Part shown: piece by piece, positions 13,638-26,676 of the stretch
How the letters are laid out: every line of letters starts with the position of its first letter
Position numbering within the stretch: position 1 is the stretch's first letter
Source of the DNA: Octopus bimaculoides
Taxonomy: Eukaryota
Length of the DNA: 60,112 nucleotides
Assembly (NCBI RefSeq): GCF_001194135.2
Contig: NC_068981.1
Location: forward strand, 15,319,981 to 15,380,092
Direction of reading: 5' to 3'
Made by a program: the position numbers and the translations under genes
The notes under the pieces: model-generated
What the model was told of the DNA's origin: nothing
The model's database searches: none
The model's input: the letters and a program-made list of their open reading frames with translations, nothing else

Positions 13638-14215
13638 NNNNNNNNNNNNNNNNNNNNNNNNNNNNNNNNNNNNNNNNNNNNNNNNNNNNNNNNNNNNNNN
13701 NNNNNNNNNNNNNNNNNNNNNNNNNNNNNNNNNNNNNNNNNNNNNNNNNNNNNNNNNNNNNNNNNNNNNNNNNNNNNNNNNNNNNNNNNNNNNNNNNNNN
13801 NNNNNNNNNNNNNNNNNNNNNNNNNNNNNNNNNNNNNNNNNNNNNNNNNNNNNNNNNNNNNNNNNNNNNNNNNNNNNNNNNNNNNNNNNNNNNNNNNNNN
13901 NNNNNNNNNNNNNNNNNNNNNNNNNNNNNNNNNNNNNNNNNNNNNNNNNNNNNNNNNNNNNNNNNNNNNNNNNNNNNNNNNNNNNNNNNNNNNNNNNNNN
14001 NNNNNNNNNNNNNNNNNNNNNNNNNNNNNNNNNNNNNNNNNNNNNNNNNNNNNNNNNNNNNNNNNNNNNNNNNNNNNNNNNNNNNNNNNNNNNNNNNNNN
14101 NNNNNNNNNNNNNNNNNNNNNNNNNNNNNNNNNNNNNNNNNNNNNNNNNNNNNNNNNNNNNNNNNNNNNNNNNNNNNNNNNNNNNNNNNNNNNNNNNNNN
14201 NNNNNNTATTGTTAC

Positions 14216-14278
<63 letters not shown>

Positions 14279-14603
14279 AGAGAGACAGAGAAAGCGACAG
14301 GGAGAGAGAGATGTATATATAAACATGTATAAATACACATATATATGTGTGTATATTTGCAGATATTTAGTTATACATACATATAGAAGTATATATAGCT
14401 AGGTATGTACGTATGTACGTATGTATGTATGTATGTATGTATGTGTGTATATATTATGTATGCATATGTAAAAGTGCAAGTACAGTGCGTTCGTTTCTGT
14501 ATGTGTATGTCTTCTTTTCGGTATTTCTTAGCGTATATTACTATGTATATTTGTGCTTTTTAATTCTGCAAATTGTCTTAAGCAACACGACCAAGGCAAT
14601 GAT

Positions 14604-14744
14604 TGAGCAGAAATATTTATCCTCTGCGTATCATGTAACACAATGCGTATGATATTTACAGACTGCTGAGTGACAATCTCAGCAAAGAAATTCTGTCCTA
14701 TTAACTTCAGGCAGAAGTGTGTTACATTTGCAATGTCCATACAT
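14604..14744 (-). pseudogene. Possible Cys-rich C-terminal domain relic of a piggyBac-like transposase
   Basis: MYGHCKCNTLLPEVNRTEFLC*DCHSAVCKYHTHCVT*YAEDKYFC; the C-x2-C-x4-C-x2-H spacing resembles the piggyBac CRD; two stops. Confidence 0.3.
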
Positions 14745-15234
14745 TTTACTTGATCATTACTGATTTATGTCTGGAAAATCAACTGAAGTAGGAATCTGAA
14801 ACACGCTGATCTTGTTTATCCGTGTTCAAATCATTTTCTTTCTCTCTCCTCTTTTCAATTTCCCTCTACATTTAAATACCTACACATAATTTTGCATGTT
14901 TTTATGCGGCGTCTTCAATCTGTATATATTTTTATTACTACATTTTGTTGCAAATGAAATGCACACGCAAGCACACGCACACACACACCCAAAAGCAAAA
15001 GTACACACATACATATATAGGGAGGGATAGATTGCTAGACAGATAGAGAAGTAAGGTATGTCTTATTTTCCGTGTGTTTATTTTTTTAATCACGAAAATT
15101 TTATTTATTTAACGTACACACTCATTCATTTTTTTACCCATTTATCGAAATATTCTTGGAATATTTTTTGGCTGCTCATATTTCCTTTCTCTCTCTCACA
15201 CTTACTCTCTCCCTCTCTCGTTGTCTGTCTTTCT

Positions 15235-15530
15235 TTATTATCCTCCTCCCACTATCACGTGATCCGTGACAGCCTAAGGCGGTGTCATTCTTTTTCGCAT
15301 TGACTTCGATCTGAACGGTCACGACTTTTTGAGCTTCTCACTTCTCTTAATTTTTCTCTCTCTGCCTTGCTCTTTTTTCTCTCCTTCCCCTCTTTCTCTC
15401 AGCCTCTCTCTCTCACTGTTTCTCTCTTTCCGTTATCCTCCTCCCACTATCACGTGATCCATGATGGCTTAAAGCGCTATCATTCTTCGCGTTGTCTTCG
15501 ACCGGGCTGGTCACGATTTTCTGAGCTCCT
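15235..15530. repeat. Diverged tandem duplication, about 195-bp period
   Basis: TTATCCTCCTCCCACTATCACGTGATCC is identical at about 15238 and 15433, and similarity continues for about 100 bp. Confidence 0.85.
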
Positions 15531-15728
15531 TTGCTCTAACGCCCCCGTCTCTATAGTCCTTTAGGACAGTACTTCATTTCTCCCTGGCGTTACCCATTTT
15601 GTCTTGTCTTGCTGTATATGTATTATAATTATTTGATGTATATGTATTGTTATCATTCATATGTTGTCTTCGTGTGGCCCTAAGCATTTATTCTGTTTAC
15701 TGTCTTGTCTCTCATTTCTGTCCTAACG

Positions 15729-15781
<53 letters not shown>

Positions 15782-16289
15782 CAGTATGTATGTATGTGTG
15801 TGTGTATTTGATCATGCATAGCGATGCTAATAATTGGGTGTTACAATTCAACATCATATTCTTCAGCAAAAAACAAAAAAAAATGATAATCAACTACAGT
15901 GCTATATAGAATTAAATGAATGACAAGGGAACAAAAAATTATCTATTGACATTCATTAGCTCACAATTGTTTCTCTGTAATTTCAGTTTTGCTGCAATCA
16001 AATATGCCTTTCTTCCATTAAAGGTCGATAAATGTAATGTTAGACAATACTACGGCCTCTCAATTTATCTCAAAGTCTCGTAGTCTCTAAAATCAATTCT
16101 CTGAGAAGAATATTGCGCGTGTAATGAGCGTTACCGTGTCGAAAAATCCCGCAGTTGCTGTTCCCTGGTGCTATATTTCTGATAACGAGACCAAAATATA
16201 TGACCTAGTACTATTTTCAGGAACTCGTTACGAAACTCAGTGTAATCACTGCACGTAAATCCTTTTAAATTGTTAGAGAGGCTTCCAAA

Positions 16290-16540
16290 TTTTCTGTGAT
16301 ATCAATGCAATGTAATCAATAGTACTGGCAGGCATACGAAGAACGGTTTTCCGATAGTAAAGATTTGTAACAAGAAATGCCTTTTTTTCGGAATTGTAGG
16401 CTCTTCACTTATAGTCGTCCTTCTGACTGCCTACCAAGAATTAAATGGATTAATGGCTTTAAGACGTCTTGGTGAATTCTTTAAATCTGATTACAGAATT
16501 GCTTTCTGAAAATTCCATTTAAGTTACCGCAGGAACAATC
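16290..16540 (+). pseudogene. Unidentified coding-like segment, paralogous to 11065-11290 (-)
   Basis: AYEERFSDSKDL*QEMPFFRNCRLFTYSRPSDCLPRIKWING then, after a frameshift, EFFKSDYRIAF*KF. Confidence 0.5.
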
Positions 16541-17822
16541 TGGCATCAACTGGTCTCTTGAAACACATTGACGTCATACAAGTTGCGAGGGATTTAATCT
16601 TGTGTTAGTTTGTACAGTTTCAGTATATGAAAGTTCCGTCATTCGTCAGTGTCTGTGTCAAGCAATCAAAACAGCAGCACACTTAATGTAACCTTATTCA
16701 TTGACATCTGTATTACTAAATTAGAATTGCTTCCAGTGACGAAAAGAAGAGTATGAACTTTGGTTGGAATAAATCAGAAAGGATCTAAATTAGGTTTGCG
16801 AAAAGTACTGAAAGGAGCCGCGTTTAAGTGGAAGTCGCGTTTGATCAAATTTGCAATGACGTTCTACAAGCACAGAGAAATAAGCTGCTCTCAGAACATC
16901 GTTGAAGGGACTACATACGTGGTATCAGATGCTGTATTTTGGACATTTCTCCCTGCTATAATAGAGGAAACGATAACTGATTTACTGTCATGTTATTAGC
17001 ATTGACTCAAGACACGAAATTGAAAACACCAAAACTAAAGGCGGACAAAGTTTCCTGGCGGCTCGTGATGAAACATATTTCAGTTGCAAAAATATGAAGA
17101 TATGAATATATAAATACACATACATACAGACACAGACATCTGCATCCACACGTATCATGCACACACATCACACACTTATATACATATTATCACAAATAAA
17201 GATTCCCTTTCGCAAAGAAATGCGTACACAGTTATAAACACAAGTGGTTATGTGTAAAATCAATAGATAATTTAGCTGGCTTCTATTTTCGCTAGTTAGG
17301 TTCATCAAGTATTAAGAACTTTACGACATAGTTCAATATTCTTCGAGTAATGAGTCAGCCCATGAACAAATGTTCTGAACTCCAAATTAATAACAATAAT
17401 TTAAAATTAATGTATGTACATGTATTTGTTGTACTGATGGTGGATTTCTGTTTTTCAGCATATGGGCGCAGCTGTTCATTTGCTTGACTAATTACTTCTG
17501 AATTAACTTGTACGTATGGGCTGAGTACCCCACAGACTGTTGTATTCTCAGTGTATCTTTCAGACTACGTCATCGTGACAAGGTTGTACCATTTGCATTG
17601 CAAGATACATTCTACCCAACATTATACAAAATGGTATTTACCTAAAATTCCATCCACTGCGATTGAACATGAAAGATCATGATTTCGATGCGAACTTATT
17701 AACAATTTGGGCAAACTCTGCGCACGTGCTAATGATGTTTGCCAATGCCTATACGCGTATATAAACATATGAGGCTGCGCTTGGTATATTGGTCTCAAAT
17801 TTTGGGACAAGATCAACAATTT

Positions 17823-17992
17823 AGGGGTCGGGATAAATCGATTACAGTAACTCCTGGACTCAACTGTTAATCATGTTATCGACCCTGAAAGGTAGAAAGC
17901 CAAAATCGACCTCGGCGGAATTTGAACTCAGAACGTAAAGACAGACGAACTGACGCTAAACGTGCTAACGATTCTGCCATCTCGCTGCCTTG
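17823..17992 (-). mobile_element. SINE family A, diverged
   Basis: GTCGACCTCGGCGGAATTTGAACTCAGAACG-like body and head remnant. Confidence 0.82.
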
Positions 17993-18275
17993 TGCGATTG
18001 GAAATATTAAGAAATGTATATGAAATATGTCCCTAGTGATATATTGCGATTCATCAAGTATTTCTTCCAGTAGTCGGCCTCCGTTTTATGATATAGCTAC
18101 CACAGATATTTAAACTACCTTTTCGTCTACCGATATTGTGTACATAAGCTTTAAAATACATTATTACAGGCACACAAGTAGACGCATTTATATTCACACA
18201 CAAACAAATTGACACACACTAATGTTCAATATATATCTGTCTCAATCTCTATCATTCTCTGTCTGTCTCTATCTG

Positions 18276-18315
<40 letters not shown>

Positions 18316-18499
18316 TCCCCCTCTCTCTCTCTCTATCTCTCTTAGCAGTGTATTCAACAGTTCTCCAGCTCCAGCGCTCGACCATTATATCGAAACGTAT
18401 AATAGAAACACTAAATCGATGATCGACATATAATATGTGTGGATCTAGTGAATAGTATCAACGACAGTAAATACCTGATATTCATTTTGTTAAACCCAT

Positions 18500-18856
18500 T
18501 TTTCTACCACCACCACAACCACCACCATCACCACCACAGCCGCCACCACCGCCACGTCTATAACAGAAGAACGAATTTCTAAATGACACCTAACGGGAAT
18601 CGAACTCAGATTATAAAGGGACCTAACTACGTGTTGGCTATGATATGAATGATGCTATCTACCGGTTCACTTTCTCTACATTCTTAACTTTAATTAATTT
18701 TACTAGAGCCATAGCAAATGTTCCGCCACATCTTCTAAGTTTATCTCTAATATGATAAAAACAATGGTAGCAGTCGCTTGAAATACGACTATTCCTCTCA
18801 CCCAAAGTACCACATCACGTTATTTAACAACTAATGCGAATGGGTATATTCTATGG

Positions 18857-18944
<88 letters not shown>

Positions 18945-19268
18945 TTACTCTTGCATTATAAGCAGACGCTACTATCATTACCATTAAAGCTAGTATCATC
19001 ATTCATGTTTTTCAAACCACCATAATCACTGTTACATTTACTGCTGTAATAGTAATGGCACACTTCTTCTCCTTCTTCTTCTTCTTCTTCTTCTTCTTCT
19101 TCTTCTTCTTCTTCTTCTTCTTCTTCTTCTTCTTCTTCTTCTTCTTCTTCTTCTTCTTCTTCTTCTTCTTCTTCTTCTTCTTCTTCTTCTTCTTCTTCAT
19201 CAACGCCATCATCGTCACCATCATCATCATCATCATCATCGTCATCATCATCATCATCATCATCATCG

Positions 19269-19322
<54 letters not shown>

Positions 19323-19764
19323 CCATCATCAAAGAGCTACAACTATCACGGTTACTGAGCCAAATATGAATAACTATGAGACAGAGAAATGAAATAGCCT
19401 CATACGTAGAAACACACACACACACACACAAACTCNNNNNNNNNNNNNNNNNNNNNNNNNNNNNNNNNNNNNNNNNNNNNNNNNNNNNNNNNNNNNNNNN
19501 NNNNNNNNNNNNNNNNNNNNNNNNNNNNNNNNNNNNNNNNNNNNNNNNNNNNNNNNNNNNNNNNNNNNNNNNNNNNNNNNNNNNNNNNNNNNNNNNNNNN
19601 NNNNNNNNNNNNNNNNNNNNNNNNNNNNNNNNNNNNNNNNNNNNNNNNNNNNNNNNNNNNNNNNNNNNNNNNNNNNNNNNNNNNNNNNNNNNNNNNNNNN
19701 NNNNNNNNNNNNNNNNNNNNNNNNNNNNNNNNNNNNNNNNNNNNNNNNNNNNNNNNNNNNNNNN

Positions 19765-19813
<49 letters not shown>

Positions 19814-19823
19814 AAGAGGGGGG

Positions 19824-19862
<39 letters not shown>

Positions 19863-21284
19863 GCACAGAAAGACACATACACATTACATGTGTGTATATA
19901 TATACATAAAAAAATGATTTCGAAATTAAAGGTCACATTGGATACTGTAGTTCCGAAAATATATAAATGAAACTACACGATGGTCATACTATATTGCTTA
20001 TAGACCTTAACTGTAGACAACTAGGGCACAGCAAAATAACGAACATACCACCAAACAACCAACCAACAGCACTATCAACAGACGTAGAGACGCCACCACC
20101 ATCTCCACTACTACTACTACTACTGCTACTGCTGCTACTGCTACCACTGTGTACTTTGTTGTTGTCAGTAGTACTGTTTCTCTTATTGCAGTACAGTGTT
20201 TTGTTTTTATCCCCCCACCACCACCAGCCATTTATGCGTTATTGGCGCGGTCTAAAATGTGATGCCATGATGCTGCAACTACCATTGCAGCTTCTAATGC
20301 TACTTCTATTACAATGGATGATGCTCTTGCTGCTACTAACGACATTCAGTTCTTCTTCTTCTTCTTCTTCTTCTTCTTCTTCTGCTTCTTCTTCTTCTCA
20401 TTCTCCTTCTTCTTCTTCTTCTTCTTCTTCTTCTTTTTTTCCTTCTTCTTCTTCTTTTTCTTTTTCTTCTTCTTTTTCTTCTTTTTTTTCTTCTTCTTCT
20501 TCATCTTTTTTCTTCTTCTTCTTCTTCTTCTTCTTCTTCTTTTTCTTCTTCTTCTTCTTATTATTATTAGTTTCTTCTTTTTTCTTCTCCTTCCTCTTCT
20601 TCTTCTCCTCCTCCTCCTCTTTTCTTCTTCTTATTATTATTATCATTATTATTATGTTCTTCTTTTCTTTTTCTTCAGCTTCTTCTTCTATATCTTCTTC
20701 TTTTTCTTCTTTTCCAGTTCTAATAATGTTTCAGCGTTAGACAGATTCAGTTTAACAATTGCTGCAGCCAAACGAAAGATTCTCTCCTCTGCCACCTTTA
20801 TATTATTATAACTCACAGACCAACCTTCCTCTACAATCATTCTAGTAGCACTGGTTCTCTTGTACTTCTTATTCTCAATATTCTTACAGAAGTATTTACT
20901 TCTTTCTACTATCATCACCATCATCACCACTACCACCTCCACCACCATCACTATAATCATCGTCAGCGTCATCATCATCATCAGCAGCAGCAGAAGGATC
21001 GCCATCAGCAGCATAAACATCAGCACCAGCATCATGGTTTTCATCTTCCTCCTCTTCCGTGTCGTTATCGTCGACTACTGACATCTTCACCCTCACCATC
21101 ATCATCATATCATCTTCTTCATCATCATCATAATCATCATCATCATCGTCATCATCGTCGTCATCTTTGTCATCATCATCGTCGTCATCATCCTCATCAT
21201 CATCATCATAATCATCATCATCATCGTCATCATCGTCGTCATCTTTGTCATCATCATCGTCGTCATCATAATAATCATCATCAT

Positions 21285-21315
<31 letters not shown>

Positions 21316-21355
21316 ATCATCATCGTCATCATCATCATCATCAACATCATCATAC

Positions 21356-21390
<35 letters not shown>

Positions 21391-21921
21391 GTCATCATCG
21401 TCATCATCATCATNNNNNNNNNNNNNNNNNNNNNNNNNNNNNNNNNNNNNNNNNNNNNNNNNNNNNNNNNNNNNNNNNNNNNNNNNNNNNNNNNNNNNNN
21501 NNNNNNNNNNNNNNNNNNNNNNNNNNNNNNNNNNNNNNNNNNNNNNNNNNNNNNNNNNNNNNNNNNNNNNNNNNNNNNNNNNNNNNNNNNNNNNNNNNNN
21601 NNTATCTACCTAATCGTCGTCATCGACCTCATCACTATCCTTACCATCATCATTGTTGTTATCATCATCATCATCAGTATCATTGTCATCATCACTATCA
21701 TCATCAGCATCATCATCATCATCATCAACAACACCATCATCATCATCAACACCATCACCATCATCAACATCATCATAATCATCATCATCATCACCATCAT
21801 CATAATCATCATCATCATCATCAGCATCATCATCATCATCATCATCATCAACATCATCATACTCATCATCATCATCACCATCATCATAATCATCATCATC
21901 ATCATCATAATCATCATCGTC

Positions 21922-21959
<38 letters not shown>

Positions 21960-22230
21960 CAGCACCACATTCCTCCTTCATCATCAGCTCATCATTATCA
22001 CCACCACCTTCCTTTTTCATCATGATCATCATCACCTTTCCTCCTCTTCATTCTCCTCCTCCCTAATCATCCACATTTTATCAATATCAGCCACATCATA
22101 TTCCATATCACCACAACGTTGTCCATTTCATCCTCATCAACTTCCTGTTCCTTTTTCTCCATTCTCCTGCAGCTCCTCATCATCATCTATAATCCTCCTC
22201 ATCATCATTAGTAAGTATCTTATTCAATTT
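18500..22230. repeat. Large composite microsatellite field: (CAC), (AAT), (AAG/CTT), (CAT), (CTA), (GA), (GATA)
   Basis: Direct reading; contains two N gaps; produces the poly-M/D/F/K/L ORFs. Confidence 0.95.
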
Positions 22231-23984
22231 CCTCATCATTATCGTAATCGCTTTCGTTGTATTCTCAAATTCAATGTCATCAATTACATCTTTTTTCTCA
22301 CAACCTTCCCAAATAATTGCAAAGTTCATTAACATTTTCACCCGTTATAGTTAGCTATTGTGACGTCACAAATACCCTAATGTTTACTCAGCTACTGCTG
22401 AGGTCTTCTGTATCTACTTGCCCGGTAAGACTTGGAACGAAAGAATTTAATGTTGCGGCAACAGTCGATTATTACCCTCCATCTCAAATCTCAGGCATAG
22501 TTCCTGTATTAGCGCTGCAGATTGGAAAAATCCTAAGGAATAGAAAGAATCCTTTAAACAAAAAAATATTTACCGCTTATGATAAGGCTCTTCAAATTCT
22601 GTATTCAAATCCCGCCGTAGTCAACTTTGCTTTGCATTCCCACCCAAGTCGTTCAAGAAATGTACTAATCAAGAATCACAGACGATTCTATCGAATTTTA
22701 AGCGTCCGTAAAAATAGATGATATCATGTCTAAATGATAAAATAATACTATTATTACACTAGTGCATGTTAATTTAATTAGCAGGTATTTTTCTTGTGGT
22801 TTGGTGACAACAAATCTCCTAAAATCCCGAGAATCTTTCTTAGGATTCTAGCAGAATGGTATTTTTCTGTAAGTTGACAAGCAACCCTAATTGCTACAAC
22901 ACATATTCTGCTCAGTACATCAGACATGCTAATCAGTTGCTTGACCTTAACCAGTCGAACTTGTGCATTAGTGTCCATCCCTGATCAAGAGTAGGAGTAG
23001 TTGGGAGGGGACATCATAGCCATAGGCTGAGAGAAATGCTTTGAGATTTGAATGATTAATCTCTGGAAACAGGCGTTTGTTCATCATCCTTAAACAACCC
23101 TTCTTCTGGGACCTTTGGTGCAGGCTAGTATTTGATAGGGAGGAACAGATTGATGGAAAATCTCAGTGGAAAGCTTTTATAAAGTACTTGCACACAAGAC
23201 ATCACCAAAAGATTTACTAATTTCTAGAGCAGCCGTGTTGATTTTATGCGCATCATAATGTAGTATGTTTCTGATAAATCTGTCTCTGAAGAAACTGTAA
23301 TTGTCACAGGTAGGGTTCGGAAGACTCAGAGAGAGGGAGAGAGAGAGATGCTTTTTCTAGAGAGAATGAAGTAAAGAGAGAGACGGAGCGAGAGAAGGAA
23401 TGAAATAGAGAGAGAAAGGGAGAGAGTCAACTTCTTGGAAAATATCGTTGTTAATGCTTTTTCCAATAGGTTAATGATGTTATATAATAGATATCTAAAT
23501 CATAATTTTCGTTGCTTAGGTATAAAACGGTAATTTCCACTTTAATTGGGTCACTGTAGCATATTTCCAATTGGCAAAGTATGTCCAGATATTGTGAGAG
23601 TGTCTTCTAAGTTTTGCATGCGAAATTAGTTATACTATAGATGAAACAAAGAGTAAAGAATTACATGTAAAATTTTGAGGTATATAATTCATTTGAATGC
23701 CTAATTTTGTTCTTCAGATTATTTCGACTTGGGATACAAACATCACATTAATGTTGGTTACATCAAATATAAGTTCAATTGATTATTAACAGTTCTAAAA
23801 TTAATCTCAATTTTGGACATTAATCTACAATTCTAAAGAGATGTGGGTATTTATTTAGTTTATATTATAGCGGTTATATTTATACAAGAAAATCAAAGAT
23901 TATAATCTCTGTAGAGGTTTCTTTCAGTATCGAAAGAGTTTTTTGTCAGTAATATACTAATAAAAGATTTGCATGCTCTTACAT

Positions 23985-24175
23985 AATAACACTGAACCAA
24001 CCTTCTCCCGCCTGAAAAAGATCTGAGCGTTCGAGGGCTCACAAATTATCAATAACTTGTGGGAATCTTTCACAGACCTGTTAGACGTAGATGTGGATGA
24101 GTTAAAAGTAGATCTAGAAAATTCTTTGTCTGTTGTACGAGATGAAACTACATTACAAACATAGACTCACCATTC
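23985..24175 (+). mobile_element. Possible 3' end of a CR1/Jockey-group LINE ORF2
   Basis: FEGSQIINNLWESFTDLLDVDVDELKVDLENSLSVVRDETT resembles the F.GPQLFN.LP..LRDL....V..FK..LD..LS.VPDEP C-terminal motif (recalled, not searched). Confidence 0.35.
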
Positions 24176-24537
24176 AATAGAAAAATGTACCGAGAGAAGG
24201 AGAGAGTGCTTAGCAGTAACTGTGTAATAAATTAGTAATTATACAATTGGGAGTGCCCCTGTACGGTCACAGCCAGGCCTAAATATGGTAAAGGACAAAA
24301 GAAAATTATGCGGGAGTATTAAATTTAGCAGAATCATTCACAATGAAGCTCAAACAAAAGGTATTGATACAGTTGCATTTATTTTTCACTGCTCAAAATT
24401 GAATGTAGTTTCACGCATGTATAGAATAATGTTGAATTTATAAACTGTGGGGGAAATTAAAGGCATTAAGAGGTAAGTATGGGTTCCATGGTATAAGCGT
24501 ACATGTCTTTTCATACACAATTGTACAAATTTACAAC

Positions 24538-24579
<42 letters not shown>

Positions 24580-24639
24580 CAGAATGGGACAAAAGCGCAA
24601 AACATCTCGACAGATAGGTGATACATGAAAGGGACAAAT

Positions 24640-25270
24640 CATACAGATAGAAGAGACAAAGAAAACACGGACATGTCATTCGGAGTTTTCTCTCTTCAGT
24701 CGAGATCAAGAATATCTTTGCAATTTCGGCTGGTTATTCTCGATATTGTTCCAATCTGGCGAGCCCCAAGGAAAAACTAAGCTAAAAACATTAGATTACT
24801 TGGGAGAAAGCAGCGAATGTATACAAAATCAAGTAGGGAAGAAAAAAACACAATGTTACACAAATGCAGTAGGAATAATTACGGAATATAACAAAAGATG
24901 TCTTTCGACTGGACGAATAAAGTTCAGCGGGCGTCTATGGAAATAAGGCCTTACAGCCGCGATACAAGATTTTACAGGCATAGGGAGAAATAACGATGTT
25001 GCATGCACAACGGCCGCCCAAAAAGAAAGGTCAGTCTTGGCCGAAAACCGGTCACGTGGGAACGTAGTTCTCCAGGTTTGCAGGTATTATGTCATAGTTT
25101 CTCTGCATTGTGAGATCTTGTATTTCATGAGGTGATGCATAAATATTGTTTCTGTGTTCCGTAAACCGAAATGTTTGGCTTGACCGACTCCTTTCTATTT
25201 CTGGCTTCCACTACTTTGCATAGCCACGATGGAAGAACAAAAATGGGTTTGACTCTGAATTTTTTGGGGC
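24640..25270 (-). mobile_element. Decayed Penelope-like 3' region (GIY-YIG remnant with RFTEH) plus terminal-repeat segment
   Basis: Minus-strand IERSRSSQTFRFTEHRNNI; 24739-24833 is homologous to 28938-29033. Confidence 0.45.
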
Positions 25271-26209
25271 TGCTTAGCTAGAAAGGATTATTAGAGAACT
25301 CTTTATTGCATTAAGCTACAGAGAATATCTTAAAACAGAGAGCACCATGTGTATAGATCAATTTAAGATAGCTATTTAGGTATAGGTTACAGCTTTCTAA
25401 TATAATTTGAAATATATGATGGCATTCTGCTGCTGTTCAACAAGCAAGTTTCAATTTCAATTGCTACAAAAAGTATTCTTCTCAATATAATTGCTGAGTT
25501 TTTAGTAACTCTTTTGACTTGACTATATGAAACTGAAGTGTACAAACTAACCTAACCTATGGAAAATAAAGTTATGAAATTGTTATACATCTTTCTTTTT
25601 TTAATTTCTGTATGTATACTTTAATCAAATATGAAAATTCTCGTATGTTAACATTTTCTTTCATCTGAAAGATATCAATGACATTTAACAAGTTAATATT
25701 TTCTCATTAAAGATAATAACACTTGTTGAAAGATTAATAGCTTATTTATGTACTTGCATTTCTTAAATTTAAATCCGTATTTGAAATTTGTATTTCGATT
25801 TGCAAGTCTTGTTACTAAAAACAAAATTGTTCATAACGACATTCATCATATCTCGAAATAATCTTCAATGTGTAATATGCACTTTAAGAAAAATATAGGA
25901 CGAAAATTAAGAAAAAATATTTCGGTGGTCTGAGAATTCTTGAGGGAGAATCCTTGGTTCACATGCAGAGTATTCGGTATTCATTGATGGAAATATTAAA
26001 ATTTGTTTCTTTCAAAGCGTAATGCTGTTAGAATATCTAAAAACATAAGAGGTGTAGTATAATCGTGCATAATCGTCAATGGGAAAATGAAGACTTAGTA
26101 GAAATAAAAAGGTGAAATGAGAAAGTGTAGGCTGAAAAATGACTGGAGAAATGTTTGGGATTAAAATCCATTAAACTTTGGTATAAATAAATGCCAAGAG
26201 GAGATGAGG

Positions 26210-26392
26210 TGGTGAGCTGGCAGTATTGTTACCGTGGCGGGGAAAATGATCAGGTACATATCTTTCGACATGACTTTTGGAGTTCAAATGTTGCCAGTGT
26301 CGACTTTGCTTTTCATCCTTTCCTGGTCGATAACATTAATACCAGTCGGGCACTGATAGGTCAGTGTAATCGACTTGACCCTCCCCCAAAAT
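26210..26392 (+). mobile_element. SINE family A, highly diverged
   Basis: GAGCTGGCAG head, GAGTTCAAAT, GTCGACTTTGCTTTTCATCC and tail remnant. Confidence 0.72.
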
Positions 26393-26500
26393 TCCATGTT
26401 TTAATAAATGCTAATAGAAGACTGGTTAATTACATATGTTTCTTGAAAACAAACATGTCATTTGTTATTTAATGCATCATATCGTTAGACACAGACATAC

Positions 26501-26610
26501 ACACAAACACACAGACAGACACACAAACACACAGACAGACACACAAACACACAGACAGACACACAAACACACAGACAGACACACAAACACACAGACAGAC
26601 ACACAAACAC
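26501..26610 (+). repeat. Perfect 20-bp minisatellite (ACACAAACACACAGACAGAC) x5.5
   Basis: Direct reading. Confidence 0.95.
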
Positions 26611-26676
26611 GGCCTGGCTGTGGCTGTACTGGGGCACTGCCAATTGCATAATTACTAATTTATTACACAGTTACTT

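Noticed and set aside
18820-22035. Poly-M/F/K/L/D/I ORFs
   Set aside because: Translations of trinucleotide microsatellites.
22317-22721. 134-aa ORF
   Set aside because: Runs over scrambled SINE A remnants; no domain.
26501-26610. CRISPR-like array
   Set aside because: Head-to-tail 20-mer with no spacers, in a eukaryotic context with no cas genes.
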